This document shows, one piece after another, positions 12,797-25,144 of a stretch of 64,000 bases of DNA. The stretch spans positions 1,612,001-1,676,000 of the forward strand of contig JABVCE010000003.1 of NCBI GenBank assembly GCA_014905635.1, read 5' to 3'. This stretch comes from Scenedesmus sp. PABB004 (taxonomy: Eukaryota). A program made the translations under genes and the position numbers. Every line of letters begins with the position of its first letter. The stretch's first letter is position 1. The notes beneath the pieces are model-generated. The model was not told where the DNA came from, did not search any database, and saw only the letters and a list, made by a program, of their open reading frames with translations.

Positions 12797-15700
12797 CTAC
12801 GTGACGCTGAGGCTGCCGAGGAGGCTGGCCAGCTCGGGCATGGTCTCCAGCACGCTCGTGCGCTTATGTATGTGCGCCTCGGGGTGGTGGCGCTCGAGGC
12901 GCGCGAGCTGGTCGTTGCTGATGGGCACGCCGTGGATGGTGAGGCTGCGCAGCAGCGGGAGCCGCTTGAGCAGCTCGTGCAGCTGGCGCTCCGTGAGCGG
13001 GCGGCGGCTCAGGTCCAGGCTCGTGAGGTGCGTCATCGCCGACAGCGCGGCCACGACGTGCGCCGGCATCGGCTCCGCGCCGCTCAGGTCCTGCCCAAAC
13101 GCGTCGCTGCTCAGGTCCAGCTCCTGCGGGCGGCGCCGGGCGGGCGGCGGGCGGCGGCGCGTGGGCGGCGCGGCCAAGGCGGCCGGCGGGGGGGGGGGGG
13201 GGCGGCGCCGCGGGCGCGCAGGACCGAGCTCGCCGAGCGCGCGCACCCGCAGGCACGTGAGCTGCTTCACCCCGTCCAGCAGCTGCCGGCTGTAGCTCGG
13301 CAGGCAGAGCGCGAGGCTGCGCAGCTGCGTGAGCCGGCTGACCACCATCATGCTGCCGCCCTCCGCCAGCGCCAGGGGCGGCTTGAGCGCGAGCTGGCGC
13401 AGGTTGCTCAGCTGCGTGCACTCGGCCAGGCCCGCGTCTGCGCGGCGGCGGCGGCGGCGGCGGCGGTGAGTCGGGCGCGCGGCGCGGCGCGGCGCGGCGC
13501 GGCGCGGCGCGGCGGCAGGCAGCACGCGGCGGCGGCGCGCGGCGCGACGGGGGGCGCGGCCGGCGCGCGCACCGGTGACGATGGTGCCGCGCAGGTCGAG
13601 GCTGACCAGGCCGAGCATGTGCACGCAGCACTTGACGAGCTGCTCGTCCCCAAACTCCCAGTTCTTGTAGAGGTTGAGGTGCGCCAGGTGCGGCAGCGAC
13701 GGCAGCAGCGCCTGCGGGGGCGCGTGGGGCGCGGGCGCGTCGGCGGCAGCGCTGGGCGGAGAGGCGGCGGCGGCGGGCGAGGCGCGGCGGGAGCGGCGGC
13801 GGCGGCGGCAGCGGCGCGCGCGCGCGCGCTGGTGCGCGCGCGCGCGCACCAGCAGCGCGTCGCCCGAAACCTCGCAGCAGTCGCGCAGCGCGAGCGTGTT
13901 GAGGTCGGTGAGGCTGCTGAGGTGGTGGATGCCCTCGTCGGTGAGCTCCTCGTTGGTGCAGTGCAGCTCGGTGAGCTGCGTGAGCCGCGCCAGGTAGGCC
14001 ATGCCCTCGTCCTTCACGCGCGTCAGCCCCAGGCTCAGCGCGCGCAGCGGCAGGTTGCTCACGGCGCTCAGGCCCTTGTCGCTGATGCGCTTGCAGCCGT
14101 GCAGGTTCAGCGATGTGAGGCTCGAGTTGGCCTGCGCGCGCGCGCGCGCGGCGGCGTCGGCGGCAGCTCAGAGACGGCCGCGCGGCGGGTGGCGGCGCCC
14201 GCCCCGCGCCCCCGCCCCGCGCCCGGCCCGCGCCCGCCGCCGCGCACGCCTGCCGCGCGCGCCCGTGCGCCGCACCTGCAGCACCTCCAGGCCGTTGTTG
14301 GTGATCTTCCTGCAGCCGCGCAGGCTGAGGCTGCTGAGGTGGCGCAGCGCAGAGAGCGAGGCCATGCCGTTGTTGGTGATGCTGTTGCAGTCGTGCAGCG
14401 CGAGGCTCTGCAGGCTGCTCATGCGCCCGATGCTGCTCAGCCCGCGGTTGGTGACCCAGGGCTTGTTGGTGTCGTCGCCGAGCGTGAGGCAGCGCAGCTG
14501 GATGGGGCTCTGCGCGAGGACGTAGAGGTCCCTGTTGCGCACGTTGGGGCACTGCACCAGCTCCAGCACCTGCAGCCGCGGGAAGAGGCAGACCAGGTCC
14601 TTGGGCTTGAGCGCGCGCGGCGCGAGCTGCCGGATGTTGCTGTCCGCGACCGCCTTCCAGTGCCGGCACGTCGCGCGGAAGGCCTGCAGGCTGTTGTGGC
14701 CGCTCAGGTACGCGACGACCTGCTGCAGGATGCCCTCCACGAGCCACGCCCACGACAGGTTCTCCACGCCCTCGGGCAGGCTCGCGGGCGCGGGCCCGCG
14801 CGGGCTCACGATCCACTGCGTGCTCGCGGTGCGGCAGAGGCTTGCGACGCTGCTGTCGTCGGCGATGGTCGACCCAAAGTCGGACGACACGCTGCACGCC
14901 GCGCTCACGCTGCTGCGCCGGCTGCTGCTGCTGACCTTGCCCGCGCTCGCCGCGCCGGGGCCGGCGCCGCTCGGGCTCGCCGCGCCCGCGCCGCCGGCGC
15001 CGCGGCCGGGCGGGCCATAGCCGCACAGCCCCGCGGGGCCGAGCCCCGCCAGCCCGCTCGGCCCCGCGCCGCTCGGCGGCGGCGGCGGCGGCGGCGGCGG
15101 CGCGTACGGCGGCGGCGCCGCGCCGCGCTGCCCGCGCCGGCCGCCGCCGCCGCGCTGCTGCTGCTGCTGCTGCCGCCCGCGGTGCGGCGGGTGCGGCGCG
15201 TGCGCGTGCTGCTGCTCCGCCGCCGCGGCGGCCGCCGCGGCGAGGTGCTGCTGCTGCATCGCCACCAGCTGCGGCGACAGCGGCGTGGCCAGCACGAACG
15301 CGCCGTGCGGGATGCTGAGCATGGGCACGCAGGGGTAGCCGTACCCCGGCGCCGGCTGGAGCATCATCGGCACGCCCGGCTTCCACCCGTAGCCGAGCGG
15401 CGCCGCGTGCCCGTGCCCGCCGCAGCACGGCCAGCCCACCAGCCCGGGGTGGTGTTGCCCCGGGTGCGGCCCGTGGTGGTGGTGGTGGTGCGCGGGCGCG
15501 TGCTGCACGTCGCCCGCGCCGGCGCCGGGCGGGCCCGCGGCGCCGCCCGCGCCGCCGCCGCCGCCGCCGCGCACGTCGCGCTCCGGCTGCTGCTCCGGGC
15601 CGTCCGGCTGCGCCTGGCCCTGCGGCCGCCCTGGCGGCGGCGGCGGGGCGCCAGGCCCGGCGCGGTGCGGCTCGGCGTATCCCATGCCCGGGGGGTGATC

Positions 15701-15808
15701 CCGGCTGCTGCTCCCCCGCTCGTGCGGCGGACCGCCGCCCCGCTGCGGCGCGCCGCCGGCGGCCGGGCGCTCGCCGCGCCCATGGCCGCCGCCGCCGTCG
15801 GCCTGCAT
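12797..15808 (-). CDS. F-box/LRR-repeat protein (FBXL14-like) with low-complexity N-terminus; start uncertain
   Basis: F-box-like WAWLVEGILQQVVAYL...FRATCRHWK followed by Cys-containing LRRs (LQSLALHDCNSITNNGM, LSSLSLRGCRKITNNGL, LTSLNLHGCKRISDKGL) across several GT-AG introns. Confidence 0.8.
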
Positions 15809-16950
15809 CGGGGGAGCCCCGCCTGTGCGTTGGCTAGTCACTTCCACTGGCGTGCCTGGCGCCCGGGCGGGGCGGGGCGGGCGTGCGGTGGCGTCAGGGC
15901 GTCGCGTTGCACCCGGGGGCGGGCGCGCGGGGCGCCAGGCGACCCCGGCGCGCCGGGGTGTGGGGCGCGGGCGGGGAATGCCCGCCCCGCGCCGCGCGCT
16001 GGCGAGCCTGCCCGCCCCCGCGCCGCGCCGTGCGCCGCGCACGCGGCTTCCGGTTCGTTCTGGCCCGCCTCACATGCGCCTGGGCGCCATCTACATGCGC
16101 GCCACGCCTCGCGCCCAGCGGCTGGCGCTCGATCGGGCGCGTGGGCGCGCCGCCGCCCGGTGACGCTGCCGGGCGCTATTCACCGACCCACGGAGAGAGC
16201 GCGCGCGCGAACGGAGGCGCCTGGTTCGTTGCGCGCTGCTGCGGCCGGCGCTGCGCGGTCCGGGGCTCCGATCTCGGCGAGGGGCGGGGTGCGTCGCGCG
16301 CTTTGGCCGTCGCGGAGGCCGGTCGCGCGCCGTTCGGCGGGCCGCGGGCCGCGCGAAGGGCGGCCTCGGGCGCAGGTTTCTGCCTCCACACCACTTCCCG
16401 GCGCGCACGGCGCCCCTTACCGGCCCCGCGCGCCGCGATAAAGGTGCTCGAGGCGAACGCCAGCGCTCGGGGGCTGTACTGGCGCGCCGCCGCGAGGCCT
16501 CGCGAAGCGCGGCCCGTGGCCGGCGTTGGTCTCTGGGGGGAGCACACATTCAAGAGGACCCCCAGCTCCTGGGCCGCCGCCCACGCGCGCCCGTCGCCAC
16601 GCCCGCACCGCACGAGGCGGCTGCGGCGCCGCAGGCGGCCGCCGCGCCCGCGGGTCGCCGCGCGCCGCGGCCGCAGCGGCGCCGCCGGCGAGCGCCGGTG
16701 ACGACCGCGTGGCGGCCCGCCCGCCTGCTGTGCCGCGTGCTCGCCCATAAAACTGCGCGTGCGCGCGATGCGGCCCGCGGCGGATGCCCACGCGCGGCGG
16801 CGGGCCCGTCCGCGAGGGTTGACCCGGCGCGCCGGGGACCGGCGGCGGCCCGCACCGCCGCCGCCCGGCGCCGCTACCGCAGCCTGCGCGGCGCACTGCC
16901 GCCGAGCACAGCCAGCCCACACACAGCCCGGTCAGCGGCGGGAGCTGCGT

Positions 16951-17077
16951 GCGTGCAGCTCCCCCGTCCCGCACCGGTCACACCAAACACAAGACGACAC
17001 CGCGCGTGCAGGTCCCCCGTCCCACGCACCGGTCACACCAAAACACAACACCGTGCGTGCAGCTCCCGCGTCCAACG
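16951..17077. repeat. Tandem repeat, ~52 bp unit, ~2.4 copies
   Basis: gcgtgcag(c/g)tccc...gcaccggtcacacca(a)aacacaa units start at about 16951, 17004 and 17055. Confidence 0.75.
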
Positions 17078-17295
17078 CCCCGCCTGCACTGCCTACAACA
17101 ACTAAACCCGACAAAGCCGGTCTGGTCAGCTCACCCCGGCCGGCGTGTGCGCCGCCTTCCGATCCGCCACACCACAAAACGCTCGCCCGTGCGCAGCACT
17201 GCTGGTGGCACAGCCTGCTGCTCTGCAGTAGTCATACACGCGCCGCGGGCGCTACTGTTATACACGTTCGCCAGCGCCGCTCGGGGCTCGGCGAG

Positions 17296-18771
17296 CTACA
17301 GCACAAACTCTGACACGCGCGCCGCGTCCGCAGCCGCGGGGGCGGCCTGCAGGTAGCGCTGCAACAGGCGCCGCCCCTCGTCCGTGCGGCCGAGCAGGTG
17401 CAGGCAGAGCCCCTCGTCGCGCAGCAGCCGCGCCTCGTGCGGCGCGGCGGCCCGGTGCAGCCGCACGACGGCCAGCGCGCCTGACAGCAGCTCGCTGCCG
17501 CGCGCGGGCACCGCCCCGCCCGCGTCGGCGCCGGCGCCGCCGTGCACGGTCCACCGGACGCGCCCCGACAGCGGCAGCGGGCCCTGCCACGCGGGCGCGA
17601 GGGACGGGCGGCGGGGTCAGGCGGGCGGGGCGGCGCGCGCGCGCAAAGGCCACGGCCCCGCGCGCTGCGTGCTGCTGCGGCCCCCTGCACGCGCATCACT
17701 CACATAGAACGACTCTCGCAGGTTGCGGAGCAGCCGCACGAGCAGCGCGCGCTCGCCCCGCCAGCTGCCGTCCGCGGCGGGGCCCGCCCCGCCGCCTGCG
17801 TCGCCACCGAGGTGCGGCGCCAGGCCCAGCGCGAGCGCGGCGCCGCCGTAGCCCCAGCACGCACTCAGGCGCGCCTCCACGACGCCCGCGCTGCAGAGCT
17901 GCCCCGCGTTGAACGGGTCGATCAGCACCGGCGGCCCGCTGCCGGCGGGCGGCAGCGGCTGCAGAAACGTGTGCCCCGGCAGCGCCACGGGCGCGGTCGG
18001 CAGCCCCGCGTCGCGCGCGACGAGCATGAACAGGAGGGCCAGCAGCGCGGGGCTGCCTGCGTGGCCGCGGCGGCGGGCGGGCGGGCCGTGTCACGGCGGT
18101 GGCCTCCCGCCCGCGGCAAGCGTGCGGCTGCACCAGCACTCACCTTGCTTGGTGTGGAGCAGGCGGTCGATGCAGTGCGCGTCGGCTGAGTATCGATCGT
18201 CTGTGCCGGCAAAGCCGTGCACTTTGAACAGCACGTGGCTGACCGCGGCCGCGAGCGCGCGCACGCGCCCGCCGCCCGCGCCGCCGCCGGCGGCGGCCGC
18301 AGCAGCTGCTGCCGCCTGGCGCCCGAGGTCGGCCACCGCGCCGCGCACGGCCGCGAGGTTGACGCGCCGCGCGTGCCCCGCGATCAGCACCGCGCCGCGC
18401 AGCACGTCCAGCTGCGGCGGCTGCTCGTGCGGCTGCTGCGCACCGCCGGCGCCGGGCGCCACGAGGGCCGCAAACTCCGCCGCCGGCGCGGCACCGTCGG
18501 GGTCCGCGCCGGCCGGCCGCGCAGCCGGCTGCAGCCGCACCGGCACCGACGCGCTGCAGCGCGAAGGGTAGGAGGCGTCAAAGTCGAGCGCGAGGTCGTG
18601 CAGCGGGTCGGACAGCGCGTCGAGCAGCAGCCGCGCCGCGCTGCCGCCGCCGCTGTCGGCGCCGGCGCGCGCCGCGGCGCGCGCGGTGCGCCGCCGCGCG
18701 GGGGCGGGGGCGGCGGCGGGGGCGCCGCCGCGCCGCGCCACTGGCCGCGCCGGTCGCGCGCGCGCGAGCAT
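17296..18771 (-). CDS. SirB1/YchA-like protein (Transglut_core2 plus TPR), putative plastid transit peptide
   Basis: HGFAGTDDRYSADAHCIDRLLHTKQG|SPALLALLF...VALPGHTFL...IDPFNAG...LLVRLLRNL, C-terminal LRDEGLCLHLLGRTDEGRRLLQRYL. Arg/Ala-rich N-terminus. Confidence 0.75.
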
Positions 18772-19344
18772 GCCGCTGCCGCTGCCTCCGCTCCTGCTGG
18801 CCGACGGCGCCGCCGACGGCGCCGGCTGCCTGGCCTCCGCTGCCCCCGCACCGGCGTGCAGAGCTGGCTCACCCGTCGGGTGGGCCGTCTGGGCCCAGCG
18901 GCTGCCCCAGCGGCTGCCGCGCGCCGCTGCGGGGCGCGAGCAACTGCCGCTGCTGCGCGCCGCCGGGCCGGCGCCGCCTGGCCTGGCAGCGACGGATCGT
19001 GGGTGAGCGGAGGTGTGCGCGCGACGTGGGCCAGTCGGGGCGGTGTCGGGGGCTCGCACGAGACAAAAACGGCGGCGCTGGCGAGGGTTTCGTTGCGACA
19101 GACAGCGCCGTCGCAGCGCCCTGCGTCTGCATTCGCTTGCCGGGAGGCGATGTCGGGAGGCGGTCACCCGTCCGCCAGCGCTTGCCGAGCCCTTTGCACC
19201 GGCTCCTCCTGCGGCGCTGCTGCTCGCCTCCGCTGCAGCGCCGCCGCACCGCGCCGCGCCGATTGCAGCGCGTGGCGTGCAGTTCCAGGCCCAGCGCCGT
19301 GCGTCACAGCGCCGTGAGGCGCCAGCTTCGGCGCAGCAGCGGCG

Positions 19345-21061
19345 ATGCGCCCGGCGCCCTGCGCCGCGCTGCAGCACGCGGAGCGGCTGGGCAGCCATGC
19401 CGCCGCGTCGTGCAGCGGCGGCGGCGGCGGCTGCGCGCGCCATGCCGCCGCACCGTGCAGCAGGCTGTGGGCGCGGCGGCGGAGCCTGTGCCGCGCCCAG
19501 GGCGGGCCGCCTGACGCCGCGGGCGACGCGGCGGTTGTGCGGCCCGCCCGGCGCAGCCAGCCCGCCCTGGGCGCTGCGCAGCCGCGGGTGGCGGCGGCGG
19601 GCGGGGCCCGCGGCAGAGGCCGGGGCCGGGCGCTGCGGCTGCAGCCGGCGGGCGCGCCCGGGCCTGATGCGCCCGCAGGGGGCCCCGCGAGGCGGCGGGG
19701 GCGGCTGCGCAAGACGGACGAGCCGACGCCTGCAGCAGCGCCTGGCGCGGGCGCCAGCGCCGGCGACGCCGGCGGCGGTGCGCCGCCGCCGCCGCCGCCG
19801 CCTGCGCAGCGGCGCAGGCGCGCGGCGGGCGCTGCAGGGCGACAGCAGGGTGAGCGCCAGCCGCGGCGGGCGCCCCCGCCGGAGCGGCCCCAGGCTGACG
19901 CGGCTGGCTGGCCCGAGGGCCTGCACGGGCAGGGCATGGGCTCGCTCGACCCCCACCGTGACCCGGCGGCCTGGCCGGCCGGCGGCAGCAGCGCCGCGGA
20001 GCTGCTGCTGCTGCGGCGGCGGCTGGAGCACGAGTGGACGCTGGCGCCGCCGCCCGGTGCGGCCTACTCCGCGGTCGGCACCGCCGCCGACAGCGCCGAC
20101 GAGCCGGGGCCGGAAGAGCTGCCGCCGGCGCAGCAGGCGCAGCAGGCGCAGCAGGCGCAGCAGGCGCAGCAGGCGCAGCAGGCGCTGCCGCAGCAGCCGG
20201 CGCGGCAGCGGCCAGGCGCGCCTGCCGGCGGCAGCGACGGCGCGACCGGGCCGGCCAGTGGCACGGGCGAGGAGCTGCTGGAGCCCAGCCCGCTGGAGCC
20301 GCCACTGCTGCACCCGGAGCTCGCCGAGGTGGACGCGGTGCTGGGGGAGCGCGTGTGCCACCACCTGCTGCTCGCGCGCCGCCTGGACGAGGTGGGCGCG
20401 CACGGCGGCGTGCGGCGTGCGGCGCTGCCCACTGCCCGCCTCGCTCGCCGCTCATGCGGCCGCGCCTGCCCCCCCCCCCCCCTGCCCCCTCCTCCCCCCT
20501 CCGCCGCCGTCGCGCCAGATGGAGGCCAGCAGTCGCGCCATGCTCGCCTCTCCAGACATACGTGCCGCCAAGGCGGCGGCGTGGCTGCTGCGCACACACC
20601 CGCAGGTCTCGCAGCTGCTGCAGGAGCAGCCGCGCATCGGCAGCTGGCTTGCGCAGCCGCCGCAGGCGCTGGCGGCGGCGCTGGAGCGCACGCGAATGAT
20701 GGAGCAGCTGCTGCAGCGCCTGCGCCCGCTGCGCGCGCAGCTGGCGCAGCGCATCGCCGCGGAGCGGCGCAGCCCCGCGAGCAGCGCGGCCGCGCCGTTC
20801 CGCGCACCGCCCAGCGCTGGCGACGGCGGCGGCGGCGGCGACGACGCCACCGCCGCCGCGGGCAGCTCGCCGGCGCCAGCCGCCGAGCGCGCGGGCAGCG
20901 GCGAGCCCGGCGGCAGCGGGCCGCCGCCAGCAGACACGCTGCGCGCGAGCGAGAGCCTCGACCAGCTGCGGCAGCACATCGCAGAGCTCCAGGCAGCGAT
21001 GGGCACGCAGCTGGAGGACGACGGCGGCGGCGATGAGGACGAGGCGTTCCGCGGCGGCTGA
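19345..21061 (+). CDS. Hypothetical protein, at least 2 exons (intron ~20392-20518), AQQ repeat and coiled-coil
   Basis: Protein-like segments in two frames are joined by a GT-AG intron (ARRLDE|MEASSRAML...). Divergent from the SirB1-like gene. No family recognised. Confidence 0.5.
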
Positions 21062-21140
21062 TGAAGAACGCTCGCTGGAACTGGCTGAAGCGCCTGGCTG
21101 GCACTGCCGCAGCGCCCAGGCGCACCGCCTGCGCCGCGCG

Positions 21141-21609
21141 GCGGCGGTGCAGGGCTCAGCGCGCCGCCGCCCGCGCTCGGCGGCCGTGTCCTCCCTGCCG
21201 CTGCAGGGGCCCGCCGTCACAGCGCCCGCTCGCCACCCCAGCCACGCACCCGCGCCCGCACGGCCCGCCGGCACCGCCCGCACACGGCGCACGCGGCGCC
21301 GCGAGCTCGCAGCAGCAGCACCGCCCCGGCCCCCTGCGGGCACCTGCTGGTGGGCGGAGCAGGCAGGCAGGGAGCTTGAGCGGCGTGCGTAGAGACCGGA
21401 GGCAGCGGCGCGGCGGCGAGGCGCGGCTTCGGTAAGGCGGGGCGGGGTGGGATGCGAGCGACAGCAGCAGCACCGCCAACCCGCTCGCCGGGCGGGCGCC
21501 GTGGCGAGCAAGGCCCGCCAATGCCCGCAGACCCACCTGATCAGCGCCTGAGCAGCGCCGGGCGCGAGCCGGAGCGGCGCGCAGCCGCCGCGGCGGCGGC
21601 AGCAGCGGC
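21141..21609 (+). repeat. Dispersed gene-upstream repeat, copy C
   Basis: Colinear with copies A, B and D. Confidence 0.88.
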
Positions 21610-21710
21610 TAGCCCCGGCGCGCTGGGCGCCAGCTGATCACCAGCTGCAGCCCCCACAGCCGCAGCAGCGCATCCACGCCACACCAACTCGCGGCGCGCT
21701 GCGGCCGGCG

Positions 21711-23472
21711 ATGGCGGCGCTGTGTGGCCCAGGAGGAGGCCGCGCGCTGGGCGCGCTCCGCTCGCTCTGCGCACGCCGGCCAGCGCTGCTAGCGCTCCAC
21801 CTCGGCGCCGCTCCACCTCGGCTGCGGGTGCGCCGGCAAGCGACTGCGGCGGGCAACGCAGCCAGCGACGCGGCAGGTGGGCTGCAGCTTCCCGGTTGCA
21901 GCGCGCGGGCCGCCCGGCGCAGCGGCGCAGGCGGCGGTGGCGGCGGTGGCGCGACACTGCGACGCCCCCCGCCCCGCCCGCCTGCCCGACTGCCAGCAGC
22001 CGAGGCCGGCGCCGGCGGCGGTGGCGGGGCGCACGCCGCGGCGGCCGCCGCGGCGGCCGCGGCGGCGGGCTTTGCCGGCGCGGCGGGGGCGCAGCCGGCG
22101 CTCGAGCCCGGTCTTTACGTGGTGGGCACGCCGATCGGCAACCTCGAGGACATCAGCCTGCGCGCGCTGCGCGTGCTGCGCGGCGCGGCGCTGGTGCTCG
22201 CGGAGGACACGCGGCACAGCCGCAAGCTGCTCGGCGCGTACGCCATCCGGGCCGACACGATGAGCTGCCACGCCCACAACGAGCGCGGCCGTGTGGACAC
22301 CGTGCTCGCGCGCCTCGCGCAGGGAGAGGTGCGCGACCCAGGGGGCGTGCGTGTGTGTGTGCGCGCGCGCGCGCGCGGGTGTGTGTGGGGAGGGGGGGGG
22401 GGGGGGGCACGCGCTGCGCCGCGCGCACACGCACATGCACACGCACACGCACACGCACACCCACGCGCACGCGCACGCGCGGCCGCGCCCGCGCCGCGCG
22501 CGCTCAGGCGGTCGCGCTGGTGAGCGACGCGGGCATGCCAGGCATATCCGACCCCGGCGCCGCGCTCGTGGCGGCGGCGGTGACCGCGGGCGTGCGCGTC
22601 GTGCCGGTGCCCGGCCCCTGCGCCGCGATCGCCGCGCTCGCCGCGTCGGGCCTCGACACGGCCGCCTTCCACTTTGTGGGCTTCCTCCCGCCCAAGAGCG
22701 GCCGGCGCGCCGCGGCGCTGGCGCAGGCGCGCCGCAGCTGCAGCGCGCGCGCGGCGCGGCCGCCCCGGCGTGCGCGCCGGCGCCAGCCGGCCGCCCGGGC
22801 GTGGCACCGCCGGAGCCCGCGCGCCGCCGACGGCCCGCCGCGCCGACGCGTACGCAGCTGCGCCGGCTGCCCGGCACGCTCGTCTTCTACGCGCCGCCGC
22901 ACGGCCTGGGCGCGATCCTCACGGACATGGTCGCCGTGCTGGGCAGGCAGCGGCGCGCGGTGGTCGCTCGAGAGCTCACCAAGCTGCACGAGGAGTTTTA
23001 CAGGTCGGGGCGGCGCGCGGCCCCCGGGGCGGGCCGCGCCGACGCGAACGCCGCGCTGAGCCGCCGCCGCCGCCGCCGCCGCCGCCGCAGGGGGCCGCTG
23101 CAGGACTTGCTGGACGAGTTTGGGCCCGGCGGCCGGCGCGGCGGCGTGGTGAAGGGCGAGGTGGTGCTGCTGGTGGAGGGCTGCCCAGCTGACGACAGCG
23201 CCGCGCTGCTGGCAGCAGCCGCAGCATCAGAGTCGGAGCCGCTGCCTGCGGCGGAGCAGCGGCACGCGGGGGTCGACGCCAGCACTGGGGCGGGCGGCGA
23301 CGCTGACGACGCGCTGCGGCAGCTGCTCCAGCGCGAGCTGCAGGCGGGCGGCAGCGTGTCGGGCGCGTCCCGGGCGCTGGCCCGGCGGTTTGGGCTGCCG
23401 CGCAGCAGGGTGTACCGGCTGGCGATGGAGGTCGACGCGGCGCGGCGCGCCGGCGCCGGCCAGTGTGACTGA
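21711..23472 (+). CDS. rsmI: 16S rRNA (cytidine-1402-2'-O)-methyltransferase RsmI, organellar, 4 exons
   Basis: [19 protein letters not shown]...[52 protein letters not shown]. Confidence 0.92.
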
Positions 23473-23627
23473 CTGAGATGAGAGGCTGCCTGACTGCCGC
23501 CGCAGCGCCGGGCTGCCTGACAGCGGCACAGCACGACCTCGGACGCTGCAGTGTCGCACGCGCGTGCGCAGGCCAGCACCACCAGCGCTCGCGGCAGTCG
23601 CAGGGTGCGCTTTCCAACACGGTTGGT

Positions 23628-23643
23628 GGTGTTGAAAAACACC
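23628..23643 (-). terminator. Histone mRNA 3' stem-loop (H4 copy 2)
   Basis: GGTGTT-TTTC-AACACC on minus strand. GGAAAG at 23610-23615 (-). Confidence 0.92.
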
Positions 23644-23760
23644 ATTTTGGGGGTTGGCCGCCGGCGCAGCGCCGGCGCCACCGGCTGCAGGCTTGGGCAG
23701 CAGCCGGGCGGGCGCCGGGCCGGCCGGCGCGCACGCGGCGGTCGCTGGTGGGCGATCCGC

Positions 23761-24760
<1,000 letters not shown>

Positions 24761-24914
24761 GCAGCAGCCGCCACCACCGGCGCTGGCCCGCGCGTGCGCC
24801 CGGCGCCGGCCCGCTGACCGCGGCGGCGGCGGCGGCAGGGCCCAGCACGGGCGCTGCTGCCGTCTGTCGGCGCGCTGTCGGCGGCCACCGGCGCCTGGCA
24901 GCAACCCCCAAAAT

Positions 24915-24930
24915 GGTGTTTTTCAACACC
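24915..24930 (+). terminator. Histone mRNA 3' stem-loop (H3 copy 2)
   Basis: GGTGTTTTTCAACACC. GGAAAG at 24942-24947. Confidence 0.92.
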
Positions 24931-25021
24931 ACCAAGCCCCCGGAAAGGCTGCCTGACGCCCGGCAGCGCGCGCGGCGGTGGGCCTGTGTTGCCTGCGCTG
25001 TGGTCAGCACGTGAGCAGCGT

Positions 25022-25026
25022 TTACA
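25022..25026 (-). terminator. Putative TGTAA poly(A) signal of MED15
   Basis: TTACA on the plus strand, ~120 nt past the MED15 stop. TGTAA is the established chlorophyte poly(A) signal. Confidence 0.6.
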
Positions 25027-25144
25027 GGCTGGTGCGCAGCCGTGGGCTCGCTGCAGCGACACGCAACTCGCCCACTCGTCAGCGGCCCCCTTGCCCAGCG
25101 CGCGGCTCCGCGCCCTTAGCCCGCCTAGCTCCCTGCGCTGCCTG

